A stretch of 41,419 bases of DNA, from assembly GCA_030688205.1 (NCBI GenBank), contig JAUYIQ010000056.1, positions 1 through 41,419 of the forward strand. The letters are read 5' to 3'. Origin of the DNA: Candidatus Curtissbacteria bacterium (GTDB lineage Bacteria; Patescibacteriota; Microgenomatia; Curtissbacterales; GWA2-41-24). The translations under genes were made by a program, and so were the position numbers. Below, piece after piece: positions 1 to 7,876 of the stretch (the stretch's first letter is position 1; each line of letters opens with the position of its first letter). The notes beneath the pieces were generated by a model. The model was not told where the DNA came from. It did not search any database and was given only the letters and a program-made list of their open reading frames with translations.

Positions 1-86
1 GTGCCGGGAGAGGGACTCGAACCCTCATGAGCGTTAAGCTCTCTCGTTTTTGAGACGAGATCGTATACCAGTTTCGACATCCCGGC
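1..86 (-). tRNA. tRNA-Leu (anticodon CAA); 3' CCA tail cut by window edge
   Basis: The reverse complement folds as a cloverleaf. Acceptor stem GCCGGGA/TCCCGGC. Anticodon stem CTCGT/ACGAG with loop CTCAAAA (CAA). Long variable arm (GAGC..GCTC), typical of Leu. T-arm GAGGG-TTCGAGT-CCCTC. Discriminator A. Confidence 0.85.
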
Positions 87-131
87 GCGCTAGTAATTTA
101 GCTTCAGTTATTATATCATTTCAAATTAGCC

Positions 132-1637
132 ATGCGAGTAAATGTTTTAAAAGGCGTCAAACTTTCTGATCTTAAGTGCGAGGTTTTGGTGGTCGGGGTT
201 TTGCCCGGTACGAAATTTGCATCGGATAAAGCAATTCGGGAGGTTGATGAGCTGACCGATGGTGCAATGCTGAGATATCTTTCGAAAAACGAGAAATTCG
301 GTAAAACTTTAGAGGTAGTTCCTTTTCATATCTCCCCAAAAAAACACAAGTTTGTCGAAAAAGTTATTCTTCTTGGGATGGGGAGTTTTGATAATTTGGA
401 CAATTACAAGCTAAGACAAGTTGCTGCATATGCGGGGAAAAATAAAGGAAAGGACACAAAAAGCGTCGCATTTTCACTTCCTGCTGCGGTATCAGTTGCT
501 GATAAGATTGAACTTTTGGTGATTGGGTTTTTGGATGGGAATTTCGATTCGGGGCATCATAAGACCAAACAGGGACACCACCTTGAGTTTGAAGAGCTGG
601 TAATTTTGAGTGACAAAGCTTCAGGCGACATTCAAAAGAGAGTGGATAGAGCACTTATTATTGCAGATTCCATACACAAAGTAAGAGAAGTTGTGAATCA
701 ACCTGCAAATATTGCAACCCCAGAATATTTGGTCAGTTTTGCTAAAAAGATTGCAGCTTCTGAGCAGCTAAAAATTCAAGTATTTTCAGAAAAACAGGTA
801 AACGAGATGGGTATGGGAATTATGGCATCTGTTGCCAAAGGGTCCGATCAGGATCTTTACTTTGTTGTTATGAGATATTTGGGAGCCGGATCTGCCGGGC
901 CAACACTGGCACTTGTGGGGAAAGGCATCACTTTTGATTCCGGTGGAATTTCAATTAAACCCGGAGAGCAAATGGACTGGATGAAGATGGATATGGCAGG
1001 AGCAGCGAGCTGTTTTGGGGCAATGGAAGCGATTTCTAAGCTGAAACCCAAAGTAAATGTAATTGTTGCATGCCCGCTGACTGAAAACTTGCCATCAGGA
1101 AAAGCATCAAAACCGGGAGATGTGGTAAAGGGGCTTTCCGGAAAAACAGTCGAGATTATAAATACAGACGCAGAAGGAAGACTGGTTCTTTCTGATGCTC
1201 TAACCTATGTTCAAAAAAACTTCAAGCCGGACTACATTGTGGATGTAGCTACCCTGACTGGTGCAGTTGTTGTTGCTTTGGGTAATTTGGCAACAGGAGC
1301 GATGGGCAGACCGCAGGAATTCATTGAAGAGGTAATCAAAGCAGGGGAGGCAACCGGTGAGCGAATATGGCAGTTGCCACTTTACGATGAGTACAAGGAA
1401 CTTATAAAAAGCTACATTGCAGATATTGCAAATCTTTCTTCAGGAAAAGGAGCCGGAGCTCAAACAGCTGCAAAGTTTTTGGAAGATTTTGTTGACAGGG
1501 GTCAAAAATGGGTGCATTTGGATATAGCATCAACTGCTTGGGAAGAGTCTGATAAGCCTTATTGTGCAAAAGGCGCAACAGGATCTTCTGTGACAACGCT
1601 GGTTGAATTGGCGATGAATTTGGAGAGGGGAATATGA
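132..1637 (+). CDS. pepA: leucyl aminopeptidase (M17 family)
   Basis: 501-aa ORF carrying the M17 signature NTDAEGRLVL and the VGKGITFDSGGISIKP metal/substrate motif. Confidence 0.93.
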   Translation: MRVNVLKGVKLSDLKCEVLVVGVLPGTKFASDKAIREVDELTDGAMLRYLSKNEKFGKTLEVVPFHISPKKHKFVEKVILLGMGSFDNLDNYKLRQVAAYAGKNKGKDTKSVAFSLPAAVSVADKIELLVIGFLDGNFDSGHHKTKQGHHLEFEELVILSDKASGDIQKRVDRALIIADSIHKVREVVNQPANIATPEYLVSFAKKIAASEQLKIQVFSEKQVNEMGMGIMASVAKGSDQDLYFVVMRYLGAGSAGPTLALVGKGITFDSGGISIKPGEQMDWMKMDMAGAASCFGAMEAISKLKPKVNVIVACPLTENLPSGKASKPGDVVKGLSGKTVEIINTDAEGRLVLSDALTYVQKNFKPDYIVDVATLTGAVVVALGNLATGAMGRPQEFIEEVIKAGEATGERIWQLPLYDEYKELIKSYIADIANLSSGKGAGAQTAAKFLEDFVDRGQKWVHLDIASTAWEESDKPYCAKGATGSSVTTLVELAMNLERGI

Positions 1638-2194
1638 TTTCTGTTACAGAACTTCGAGCAGGAACTGTTTTTGAGGAACGGGGTGACTTTTTTTTGGTGC
1701 TTTCATACGAGCACATCAAAATGGGTCGCGGAGGAGGGACAATCAAAGTTAAAGTGAGGAATCTAGCAAACGGTGCAACCATTGAAAAATCGTTTCCTAA
1801 TGGAAACAGAGTTCAAGAAGCTTCTATAGATCGAAAGAAAGTGCAATATTTATACAGCGACTCGTCAGGATTTCATTTTATGGACAATGAAACTTACGAA
1901 CAATTTACCTTGGCGGATAAATTAGTCGGTGACTACGCGCCTTACCTGAAAGAAGGGCTGGAGCTTTTGCTTTTTACAATTGGGGACAGGCCAATGTACA
2001 TAGAACTGCCAAAAATCCTGGATTATCAGATTACTCAAACCGGGGGAGCTTCCCGGGGTAACACAGTCGGAGCTGCTCAAAAAGACGCGGTTTTGGAAAA
2101 CGGACTTCGGGTTAAAGTGCCCTTGTTTATAAAAAATGGGGAAGTGGTTCGGGTAGACACTAGATCCGGGGCATATGTAGAGCGGGCGAAGTAG
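1634..2194 (+). CDS. efp: translation elongation factor P
   Basis: 186 aa. EF-P-like N-terminus (ELRAGTVF..., KMGRGGGTIKVKVRNL). ATGA overlap with pepA and a GGAGAGGGG Shine-Dalgarno upstream. Confidence 0.95.
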   Translation: MISVTELRAGTVFEERGDFFLVLSYEHIKMGRGGGTIKVKVRNLANGATIEKSFPNGNRVQEASIDRKKVQYLYSDSSGFHFMDNETYEQFTLADKLVGDYAPYLKEGLELLLFTIGDRPMYIELPKILDYQITQTGGASRGNTVGAAQKDAVLENGLRVKVPLFIKNGEVVRVDTRSGAYVERAK

Positions 2195-2195
2195 A

Positions 2196-2678
2196 TTAAC
2201 GAGTGTTTGCCAGGATTTGGTCGAAGCCAAAGTTTGGTGCTAAGGTAAGAAACAAAACAATTCCCACCACTACAATTTGAGTGACAAGCCCCCAAGGAAG
2301 TTGAAGTCTCCATTGCGTTTTATGGCTAAGCCAGTCAAACCATGAAAATGGAGGGATATGGAAGCCAAAAATATCCGAGGGAGTTTTAAGCCAGTCCGGA
2401 AGCTGAGCCGCAATCACCATAGAAAATAGATAAATTGGCTCGACGGTATTTCTGAAAAGTAAAATGACAAGAGCAAAACCCAAAAGAACATCGAAAGTTG
2501 CCTCTGTTGTCAAGCGGAGTTTTGTTTTTTTCTTATGGTTTGTTCCCGCATCCCAGTGAGGGATCATGTCTGCCACAAAGTGCGAGATGATGGCAAGCGG
2601 GATTCCTAAAAGGGGATTTGCGACTTTAACTGCGATGCTTGCACCAATCAGGGCGTGTGCGGTTGCTGTCATAAACAA
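2196..2678 (-). CDS. integral membrane protein, possibly a DUF457/YdjM-type metal-dependent hydrolase
   Basis: 160-aa multi-TM ORF with a H..G...SHFVADMIPHWD His/Asp-rich pattern. The track start at 2678 is a TTG; an in-frame ATG at 2672 is an alternative start. Confidence 0.5.
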   Translation of the reverse strand: MFMTATAHALIGASIAVKVANPLLGIPLAIISHFVADMIPHWDAGTNHKKKTKLRLTTEATFDVLLGFALVILLFRNTVEPIYLFSMVIAAQLPDWLKTPSDIFGFHIPPFSWFDWLSHKTQWRLQLPWGLVTQIVVVGIVLFLTLAPNFGFDQILANTR

Positions 2679-2799
2679 TTGTCTTAAAACGACAAAAACC
2701 AGTGTTTTTCCTGGTCCATGGCCATAATAACATAGTCTGATATATCACATCAAATGGAATAGCCATTGATGTATATCGATTGTGCGCAGAATTTGGCTG

Positions 2800-2836
2800 A
2801 TATATGTCTTCCTCTGCTTCGCAGAGCGACATATAT
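2800..2836. promoter_or_regulatory. long imperfect hairpin/inverted repeat just upstream of the lgt-like -10 box
   Basis: ATATATGTC-ttc-CTCTGC-ttc-GCAGAG-c-GACATATAT. It is flanked by three direct copies of TGATATAT (2738, 2798, 2838) in the divergent intergenic region. Confidence 0.35.
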
Positions 2837-2837
2837 A

Positions 2838-2848
2838 TGATATATAAT
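2838..2848 (+). promoter_or_regulatory. -10 region (TGATATATAAT) 7 nt upstream of the ATG; leaderless geometry
   Basis: TATAAT at 2843-2848, a 7-nt gap (acctcca), then ATG at 2856. No Shine-Dalgarno. Confidence 0.45.
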
Positions 2849-2855
2849 ACCTCCA

Positions 2856-3713
2856 ATGTCCCAGATCATTTTAGTTCTCGCTCTTTTTTTGGCCATTTTT
2901 TGGTCCGTTTTTTTATTTTGGAGGGCATGCAAACATGAACTTATCGAAAGTGAACAAGTTTTCGATATAACAATAGTGGCTTCAATTGGTGCAATGATTA
3001 CTGCTCGCGTATTTGACTATATTGAAAATATTGATACTCTCGGTCTGTCGGTTGCTAAATTTATTTTTTTTAATGCATATGGAGGTTTTGATTTTCGTGG
3101 TGCAATTTTGGGAGCCGGAGTAGCAATCTTTTTATTTTTGAGACATAAGAGGATTAAAACTCTTCATGTTTTAGATCTTGCTGCTGCCCCTATCGTTTTT
3201 GGGCAGTTTGTGTTTAACCTGGCCTTTCTTTTACAAGAAGGCTGGGAAGGCGGAAAATTGTATGCTTTTTCCACTGTTTCTTATTTTCTGATTTTTGTGA
3301 TTCTTAAAAGACTGGCTTCCAGAAAACGCCATTTGGGATTTATTGTATGTTTTTGGTTAGTCGCCTTCTCAATTGTCGATATTGCAATGCTGACTCTTTT
3401 TGGCGAAAGTAGGTTTTTGAGTGTAGCAGTTGGCTATTTAATTGTTGTGCTTGTTTTGTGGCACATCTTTTCAAAAAGAACTTTTGTGCGTGACATAAAA
3501 AATCTTTTTGCACTTGTTTTGCTTTCGGTGTTCAGGTTTAAGCGAATGACAAGGAGTGCTGATGAGACAGGGAAATTTTCCAGGTCCGTTGTGCTTTTCC
3601 CTTTGTTTGTTTCCAAAGCAGTGCTGTCTGTTATAAAATTGATCATTAAAGAGGCGAGACTCGGACTTTTGGACTTTTTGTATGTTCTCGGCTTAAAGCA
3701 TGATAGATATTAA
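2856..3713 (+). CDS. lgt: divergent prolipoprotein diacylglyceryl transferase-like membrane protein
   Basis: 285-aa polytopic protein. Its N-terminal region resembles Lgt (helix, then ITARVFDYIEN), and it sits in an operon with lspA. The canonical GR.GNF.N.E signature is degenerate (GQFVFNLAFLLQEGWEG). About 80 aa of extra C-terminal sequence. Confidence 0.55.
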   Translation: MSQIILVLALFLAIFWSVFLFWRACKHELIESEQVFDITIVASIGAMITARVFDYIENIDTLGLSVAKFIFFNAYGGFDFRGAILGAGVAIFLFLRHKRIKTLHVLDLAAAPIVFGQFVFNLAFLLQEGWEGGKLYAFSTVSYFLIFVILKRLASRKRHLGFIVCFWLVAFSIVDIAMLTLFGESRFLSVAVGYLIVVLVLWHIFSKRTFVRDIKNLFALVLLSVFRFKRMTRSADETGKFSRSVVLFPLFVSKAVLSVIKLIIKEARLGLLDFLYVLGLKHDRY

Positions 3714-4050
3714 AAATATTTCCAAACGGGTAGAGCTGCAAAGGGATGCAATTGTTGCAATGATAAAAAGGCTTAAGCGTGATGACCCTTTTGCCTCTGT
3801 CGACAGGTCTTTGATTGTGGAACCAGGTACTGATGCAGGAGTGCTTTTTGGGCATGAGCAAGCAGTTGTTATGGAGCAAAGACTAAAAAAAGATCTTTTT
3901 GAAATTGAGTACGCTTTGAAAAAGATAAAAAAAGGCACATACGGACGGTGTGAGAAGTGCGGTAAGGCGATTGAAGCTAAGAGGCTGGAAGTAAAGCCTT
4001 CTGCAATTTATTGTTTTTCCGATGAAAAGAAAATGGAAAAGAAAAGATAG
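3700..4050 (+). CDS. TraR/DksA family C4-type zinc-finger protein
   Basis: 116 aa with a C-terminal CEKCGKAIEAKRLEVKPSAIYC zinc finger preceded by a coiled-coil-like region. Confidence 0.8.
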   Translation: MIDIKNISKRVELQRDAIVAMIKRLKRDDPFASVDRSLIVEPGTDAGVLFGHEQAVVMEQRLKKDLFEIEYALKKIKKGTYGRCEKCGKAIEAKRLEVKPSAIYCFSDEKKMEKKR

Positions 4051-4435
4051 TTTCTTCCTAATAATTCCTTCAATAATTGTTTTAGATCAGATTACAAAAT
4101 TATTGGTTGTTAAATTGGGAATTCAAACTGTTTGTAACAGGGGTTTTGCTTTCGGAATAGCACCGACGTTTTTGAATGGTTTAATTTCGATTTTAGTTTT
4201 AGGAGTCGTTGCTTATCTGGCAATTAAAGAGACCAGAGGCATTTTTTTGCTTGGATATTTTTTAATTATAGCCGGAGGATTGTCGAATTTTTTTGACAGA
4301 CTCGCTCGAGGATGCGTTTTGGATTTTGTTGATTTAAAAATTTGGCCAGTTTTTAACTTGGCAGATAGTGCGATTAGTATTGGAGTTTTTGTATTGGTTA
4401 TATTTGGGATTTTCAAATTCAAAATTAATGCTTAA
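4022..4435 (+). CDS. lspA: lipoprotein signal peptidase II
   Basis: 137 aa, 4 TM segments. LspA motifs NRGFAFG and FNLADSAISIGV. Confidence 0.87.
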   Translation: MKRKWKRKDSFFLIIPSIIVLDQITKLLVVKLGIQTVCNRGFAFGIAPTFLNGLISILVLGVVAYLAIKETRGIFLLGYFLIIAGGLSNFFDRLARGCVLDFVDLKIWPVFNLADSAISIGVFVLVIFGIFKFKINA

Positions 4436-5270
4436 AAAATTAAAAGTAGTTTTTGAAGACAATTGGATACTGGTAGTTGATAAACCGGCAGGGCTAGTGG
4501 TAAACCGTTCCGAAACAGTTAAGGAAGCAACTTTGCAGGATGAGCTTTCAGAGTATTTTGGACTTGCTGAGGGCGACTTAGGTTTGGGAGACCGGGCAGG
4601 AATTGCTCATAGGCTAGACCGCGAAACATCGGGTCTGTTGGTTGTTGCAAAGACAAAACAAGCCTTTGAAAGTCTTCAAGCTCAGTTTAAAGAGCGGGAA
4701 GTTGTAAAAAAGTATATTGCTCTGGTTCATGGAAAGGTGGGAAGCAGTGAAGGGGTGATAAGCGGAACTTTGCTTCGAATAGAGTCGAAAATTGCAAGAG
4801 TAGGCCACTTTGGGAAATTTGGAATAGTTGACCGGAGGTCCAGTGAGGGACGTCCCTCCTTCACTAAAGTTTCGGAGGGTAAAGAAGCTGTGACAGATTA
4901 TGTCGTTCGTGGCGTATATAGTTTCCGGGAAGAAAAGTTTAAGAAGATAATAGATGGTATGAGAAATACAAAAGCAAGATTCAATTATCTAAAGAAGAAT
5001 GCCCGAGAGTACACGCAAGTTGGCGTTTATCCAAAAACCGGGCGTACACATCAGATCCGCGTACATTTGAAAAGCATTGGTCATCCTGTAGTTTCAGATT
5101 TAATTTACGGTCCAAACAAGTTAATAAATTTTGATCTTTTGTGGTGCCCGAGGCTATTTTTGCACGCTTCGTCAATTGAGTTTACTCATCCAAAGACTAA
5201 AAAGAAGGTGCAATTTTCTTCTGAGCTGCCTGCTGATCTTGAGAAGGCGCTTCTCTTGCTTGAGAAATAG
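4428..5270 (+). CDS. RluA-family 23S rRNA pseudouridine synthase
   Basis: Catalytic motif HRLDRETSGLLVVAK and GRTHQIRVHL. I chose the ATG at 4428 (MLKKLKVVFEDNWILVVDKPAGL), which overlaps the lspA stop by 8 nt. The longer track ORF from 4368 overlaps lspA by 68 nt. Confidence 0.88.
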   Translation: MLKKLKVVFEDNWILVVDKPAGLVVNRSETVKEATLQDELSEYFGLAEGDLGLGDRAGIAHRLDRETSGLLVVAKTKQAFESLQAQFKEREVVKKYIALVHGKVGSSEGVISGTLLRIESKIARVGHFGKFGIVDRRSSEGRPSFTKVSEGKEAVTDYVVRGVYSFREEKFKKIIDGMRNTKARFNYLKKNAREYTQVGVYPKTGRTHQIRVHLKSIGHPVVSDLIYGPNKLINFDLLWCPRLFLHASSIEFTHPKTKKKVQFSSELPADLEKALLLLEK

Positions 5271-5289
5271 TAATTAGCCTTGGTAGAAT
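5260..5289 (+). promoter_or_regulatory. sigma70-like promoter: TTGAGA-18 nt-(TGg)TAGAAT
   Basis: A -35 TTGAGA (5260-5265) and an extended -10 TGGTAGAAT (5281-5289), overlapping the last codons of the pseudouridine synthase gene. Confidence 0.5.
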
Positions 5290-5302
5290 GAGGGTATAGG
5301 TG

Positions 5303-5346
5303 ATATTTTATGTCTTTCTCTCTTGCGAGAGGGACATAAAATTTAT
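5303..5346 (+). terminator. strong stem-loop: either the terminator of the upstream operon or the 5' leader structure of the small ORF
   Basis: ATATTTTATGTC ... GACATAAAAT outer stem with an inner CTCTC-ttgc-GAGAG stem. No clear U-tract follows. Confidence 0.4.
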
Positions 5347-5369
5347 CAGAAAGAAGTGAGGTAAATTTT

Positions 5370-5513
5370 ATGGGTGGCGTATACGGCGGTTTTTTTAAAG
5401 GTGATAAGAAGAAAAAGAAGAAGGAATATTTAGAGAAGCAAGCTTTAAATATTCCAAAAGTTTACTCGGTGCCAAAAGTCGAGATTATTGGTAAAGGCAA
5501 AAGGGACAAATAA
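5370..5513 (+). CDS. candidate 47-aa highly basic small protein
   Basis: ATG preceded by GTGAGGT (Shine-Dalgarno-like) at 8-nt spacing. Translation: MGGVYGGFFKGDKKKKKKEYLEKQALNIPKVYSVPKVEIIGKGKRDK. Below the ORF-track size cutoff. Confidence 0.45.
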   Translation: MGGVYGGFFKGDKKKKKKEYLEKQALNIPKVYSVPKVEIIGKGKRDK

Positions 5514-5576
5514 ATTTTAATTCTCCAAAAGGTGTAAGGAAAGTAGATTTGAGAGTGGCTAGGCAAAGTCTAGCTT

Positions 5577-6554
5577 GTGACAGATTATCATAAAAAACGT
5601 ACGGGTTTTGGTCAGTCGGAAACTTTAAATAAGTGGCGCAGAATGCTGGCTGTTTTTGTCCTGGTCACTTTGGTTTTTGCAATAATTTCCGGAATTGGCA
5701 AAACTATTGCCTTTGGGAAAATTTTAGGTACATCAACGTGGGATGGAAACTCTTCAGTTTCTATAATCAGAAACACAAACCCTCCATCTATTTTGATTTG
5801 GCAGACTTATCCCAAGCGCCTGATAGTGCTTACTCTGGATTCTGATTTGAAACTGGTTATTGGTGATACTTGGCGAGGAGTAAAAGGTGTGGGAGAGATT
5901 TTTGAAAAGCTTAGCGGAGCTGAGGCACGAAAGGTTGTTGCAAGCGGTATTCATGTCCCTATTACCAACTATGTATATTTTGAAAAAGATGAAAACCGTC
6001 ATCGTGATAATTTCGAAGACGAATTTAGGCGGTTCGCCGCAATAACAACACCGCTTTCAATTCTAGTTTATGGAGTGGGTGACGTAGATACCGATATTGC
6101 TCGAATGGATATAATTAGATTGTGGTGGCAGGTGAAATCCTTAAGTGTAGATGATATAGAAATTGTAGATTCAACAGCAATGACAGAAAATGTTGCTCTT
6201 TCCGGCGGCCAAAAGGTTTTAGGGGTTGACGATGTTTCCATGCATGCACTGCTTTCAAAATATATGGAAAACCGCAAGATTTTAGAGTCTTCCCAAAAAG
6301 TTACTATTATTAACGCATCCGGAGTGTCCGGAACAGGTAAGCTTGCATCTGATTTTGTTTCTGCTGTAGGCGGAACGGTTGAATCTGTTGAGGCTGCAGA
6401 CGTTGTTGATGTGACTAGCATGATAGCTGAAAAGTCTTATACCTCAACATATTTGGCAAAGCTGTTCGATTGTGTTATAACTTCTGGACCGATTAATAGT
6501 CGCGGGTCAATAAGAATAGTCATTGGACGCGATTTTGCCCAAAAATACTTTTAA
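5577..6554 (+). CDS. LytR/CpsA/Psr (LCP)-like protein with a LytR_C-type C-terminal domain
   Basis: 325 aa. GTG start, short cytoplasmic tail plus one TM. The C-terminus (VTIINASGVSGTGKLASDF...IRIVIGRDF) matches the LytR C-terminal domain pattern. The central region is only weakly LCP-like. Confidence 0.6.
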   Translation: MTDYHKKRTGFGQSETLNKWRRMLAVFVLVTLVFAIISGIGKTIAFGKILGTSTWDGNSSVSIIRNTNPPSILIWQTYPKRLIVLTLDSDLKLVIGDTWRGVKGVGEIFEKLSGAEARKVVASGIHVPITNYVYFEKDENRHRDNFEDEFRRFAAITTPLSILVYGVGDVDTDIARMDIIRLWWQVKSLSVDDIEIVDSTAMTENVALSGGQKVLGVDDVSMHALLSKYMENRKILESSQKVTIINASGVSGTGKLASDFVSAVGGTVESVEAADVVDVTSMIAEKSYTSTYLAKLFDCVITSGPINSRGSIRIVIGRDFAQKYF

Positions 6555-6559
6555 TAATT

Positions 6560-7042
6560 ATGTATGTAGTATTTGGAATAATTATCCTGATAGCTTCATT
6601 TATTATTGCCCTTATATCACTAATCAGTGAGCAGAAAAAAAACGAGCAGTTTCATTCTGCCATAGATGAAGAATCTAAAGATGCAGTAGCCTCTGAGGAA
6701 GAGCAACAGACTTTGCTGAAGGAAGAAGCGGTAAAGCGGCAAGGTGAAGCTGCTAAACGTCTCGAAGAAATGGTTAAGAAGCAGGAAGCTGCAAATGTTG
6801 CGGATGAGGCCCAGAATTTGGAAAACAGAGATGTGGATCAAGAAATGTTTCCGTGGGAGAAGCCGATTGAGGAGCAACTTAACGAAACAGTAGGTGATTC
6901 GACTGAGGAAATAAAGGTGGAGGAAAAAAGCCCCGCTGAAACATTTGATGATATCACCGCATCTTCTGTTGACGACAGCAGAACTCTAACAGGTGTAATT
7001 GAGATTAGGAGACAGGCAAAGGAAAAGAAAAAAGCAGCTTAA
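6560..7042 (+). CDS. hypothetical membrane-anchored acidic, coiled-coil protein
   Basis: 160 aa with an N-terminal TM (VVFGIIILIASFIIALISLI) followed by E/K/Q-rich low-complexity sequence. Confidence 0.65.
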   Translation: MYVVFGIIILIASFIIALISLISEQKKNEQFHSAIDEESKDAVASEEEQQTLLKEEAVKRQGEAAKRLEEMVKKQEAANVADEAQNLENRDVDQEMFPWEKPIEEQLNETVGDSTEEIKVEEKSPAETFDDITASSVDDSRTLTGVIEIRRQAKEKKKAA

Positions 7043-7740
7043 GCTGTACCGTCTGTGTCCACGTAGTTGGAGTTTTGAGTTTGAAATGAAGGCTGGTTGG
7101 CAAACTTCTCAGATCTTTGTGTTTCTTTTATAAAAATAGTCAGTGACTTTAGACCTGCGCTTTTGACGTATGCCTCGTACTCGTTACCCCCCGAAATTAG
7201 AGATAACACGCGATGGGCTAAATCATCCGGAAAAGCCCCAAGATATGTGCCGTTGTCCCCAGAGACAGTGATTGAATGGTTTTTGGGGTTGATTTGGACC
7301 TGGTCCCCGCAGTTTAGGGAAGCAAGGACAGACGGCGGGGCCAAGTTTAGCAAATTGACAATTTTGGTTTTGCCGGGTTCGTAGAGAAATACTTGGGATA
7401 AATTGACATATGGTGTCGTGCCAACCGGTTTTGAGAGACCGTTACTTGTTGAGTGACCATCCGTTTTTGCCAACTTCGCTATGTTTTTGAGAGCAATTAT
7501 ATTGTATGGGTCAACCTCAAGCACTTTTTTGTATGTTTTGGTGGCTTTTGTGAGTTCACCCAGACATAAGCAGGCACGGGCAAGACGATTAAGGGCTTCT
7601 ACATTATCCTTTGTACTTCGGAGAATTTTTTCGTTGATTTTAACTGCTTCTTGCCAATCGGAGCATAGAGCTGCAGTTATTGCTGCCTGTGCGAGCGATT
7701 CGGCGTCAGAATCTTGTCTTGCGGCGCCGTATGAATGCAT
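7039..7740 (-). CDS. TPR-repeat protein
   Basis: Start set at the ATG at 7740 (MHSYGAARQD...). TPR-like repeats (AEALNRLARACLCLGELTKATKTYKKVLEVDPYN). The upstream 107 codons of the track ORF overlap yebC and its promoter, so I discarded them. Confidence 0.75.
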   Translation of the reverse strand: MHSYGAARQDSDAESLAQAAITAALCSDWQEAVKINEKILRSTKDNVEALNRLARACLCLGELTKATKTYKKVLEVDPYNIIALKNIAKLAKTDGHSTSNGLSKPVGTTPYVNLSQVFLYEPGKTKIVNLLNLAPPSVLASLNCGDQVQINPKNHSITVSGDNGTYLGAFPDDLAHRVLSLISGGNEYEAYVKSAGLKSLTIFIKETQRSEKFANQPSFQTQNSNYVDTDGTA

Positions 7741-7747
7741 GCATCCA

Positions 7748-7776
7748 ACATTATGATAGTAGTGAAAGTTAGTCAA
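7748..7776 (-). promoter_or_regulatory. promoter TTGACT-17 nt-TAATGT, 7 nt upstream of the TPR gene ATG (leaderless geometry)
   Basis: On the minus strand: -35 at 7771-7776, -10 at 7748-7753, then 7 nt (tggatgc) before ATG at 7740. Confidence 0.6.
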
Positions 7777-7838
7777 TGGGTGAAAAAAATGAAACAATGT
7801 TAAAAAAATTGGGGTGATTTTATGTTCAAAAGACTTTG

Positions 7839-7867
7839 TTGAAAATTTTCTGAAATAAACATAAAAT
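7839..7867 (+). promoter_or_regulatory. promoter TTGAAA-17 nt-TAAAAT, 9 nt upstream of the yebC ATG (leaderless geometry)
   Basis: -35 at 7839-7844, 17-nt spacer, -10 at 7862-7867, ATG at 7877. No Shine-Dalgarno. Confidence 0.65.
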
Positions 7868-7876
7868 TGGCACAAT

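Noticed and set aside
4368-4427. Longer start for the pseudouridine synthase ORF.
   Set aside because: It would overlap lspA by 68 nt with a hydrophobic, non-homologous leader. The ATG at 4428 gives the canonical start of the catalytic domain.
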